In this document: positions 63,180 to 64,000 of the stretch, piece by piece | How positions within the stretch are numbered: the stretch's first letter is position 1 | How the letters are laid out: each line of letters opens with the position of its first letter | DNA from: Mobula hypostoma | Taxonomy: Eukaryota | Direction: 5' to 3' | Length of the DNA: 64,000 bases | NCBI RefSeq assembly: GCF_963921235.1 | Contig: NC_086108.1 | Location: forward strand, 51,586,001 to 51,650,000 | Program-made: the position numbers and the translations under genes | Notes under the pieces: generated by a model | The model's database searches: none | Told to the model about the DNA's origin: nothing | The model's input: the letters and a program-made list of their open reading frames with translations, nothing else

Positions 63180-63870
63180 TTTTAGTGACAAAGAGACTGC
63201 AGAAGCTGGAATCCCTTATCCCTCATCCTCTCCTCTCTCCTTCAAGTCCTCCTCTTCCCACTACCTCACCTCCCCTGAGCCCTCCAACACCCTTCTCTAA
63301 CCACATGTTTGACTTCGGCTCCAACCCATGCCATATCTTCACCATCGCCTCTGACGTCCCCCTCTACGTCCTCTCTACCAACCCACCAGTCCACAAAGCC
63401 AATACATCATTTTTCCATTCCCATCTACAATGGGATCCCACCACTAGGTACATTACTCCGCCTCCCTCTCTCTGTGTCTCCCTTAGCTGTTCATCCCTTC
63501 CCAACCAAGCACTCTCCATTTAACCACAAAAAAATGTTATATCTGCCTCACCACTATCCAAGGCCTTAGAAGTCCTTTCAGGTGAGACAAACCTTCATAT
63601 GCGAATCCCAAGGTGTTATTTATTGCATCTGGCGTTCCCACTGCAGCCTCTCAACCAGAAGCAGATTGGGGAGGGGGGGGGAGGGGACGATCGCCTCATC
63701 GAGCACATTTGATCTACCTGTCATGGTAAGCAGGATCTTCCGGTGGCTCGCCATTTTAATTCCACTCCCCAGTTCCACTTTGGCATGTCTGTGCTTGGCC
63801 TCCTCCCCTATAAAGTCAAGATTAAACGTGATTCAGGGGAACAGCACTTCATTTTCAGAATGTCTTTGAC
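63180..63870 (+). mobile_element. Degenerate PLE fragment with GIY-YIG N-terminal half
   Basis: ORF 63582-63869: RQTFICESQGVIYCIWRSHCSL; downstream CCGGTGGCTCGCCATTTTAATTCC (PVARHFNS) matches the PLEs at 28515 and 42270. Confidence 0.75.
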
Positions 63871-64000
63871 AAGGTGCCACTTGTGAGGCTATAAACATGA
63901 TATGGTTTACAGGCAGAAGAGATTTGCTTTCAGTTGGTGTCATTTTCTGAGCCGATGTCATGGGCCAAAGGACCTGTTCCTGTTCTGTACAGCTCCATAT

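Overview
Vertebrate genomic DNA, most likely from a cartilaginous fish (ray or shark). That is inferred from the repeat set: CR1, L2, Rex1/Babar, RTE, Penelope-like elements (PLEs), V-SINE/HE1-like and SacSINE-like SINEs. Bases 1-~21870 are a tandem array of roughly 540 units: a 39-bp unit interspersed with a 47-bp variant. The array has no stop codon in any + frame, which explains the giant ORFs, and it appears to have expanded in situ from the 3' end of a LINE ORF2. The rest is mostly one ~35-kb intron of a minus-strand host gene that the ORF track misses. Its last three coding exons (63059-62957, 27530-27457, 25811-25785) splice in phase to ...NTHPWLAEIIIFRQTGAAGGGIFKLRLKLPHVCHWYQGIAYTVRPDIGSWQPEMQPQDQYVNCRERC*; I cannot name the gene. 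The intron holds a two-LTR, internally deleted retrovirus-like provirus (48292-60354; tRNA-Leu PBS, 5-bp TSD, two-zinc-knuckle Gag) with a nested solo LTR and a full-length L1. It also holds Tigger and hAT elements, PLEs carrying minimal hammerhead ribozymes, and an RTE-like element that begins with an HDV-like ribozyme fold carrying an unusual hairpin inserted in L3. All calls were made by eye. Family names are from recalled consensus motifs, not database searches, and boundaries of degenerate repeats are approximate.
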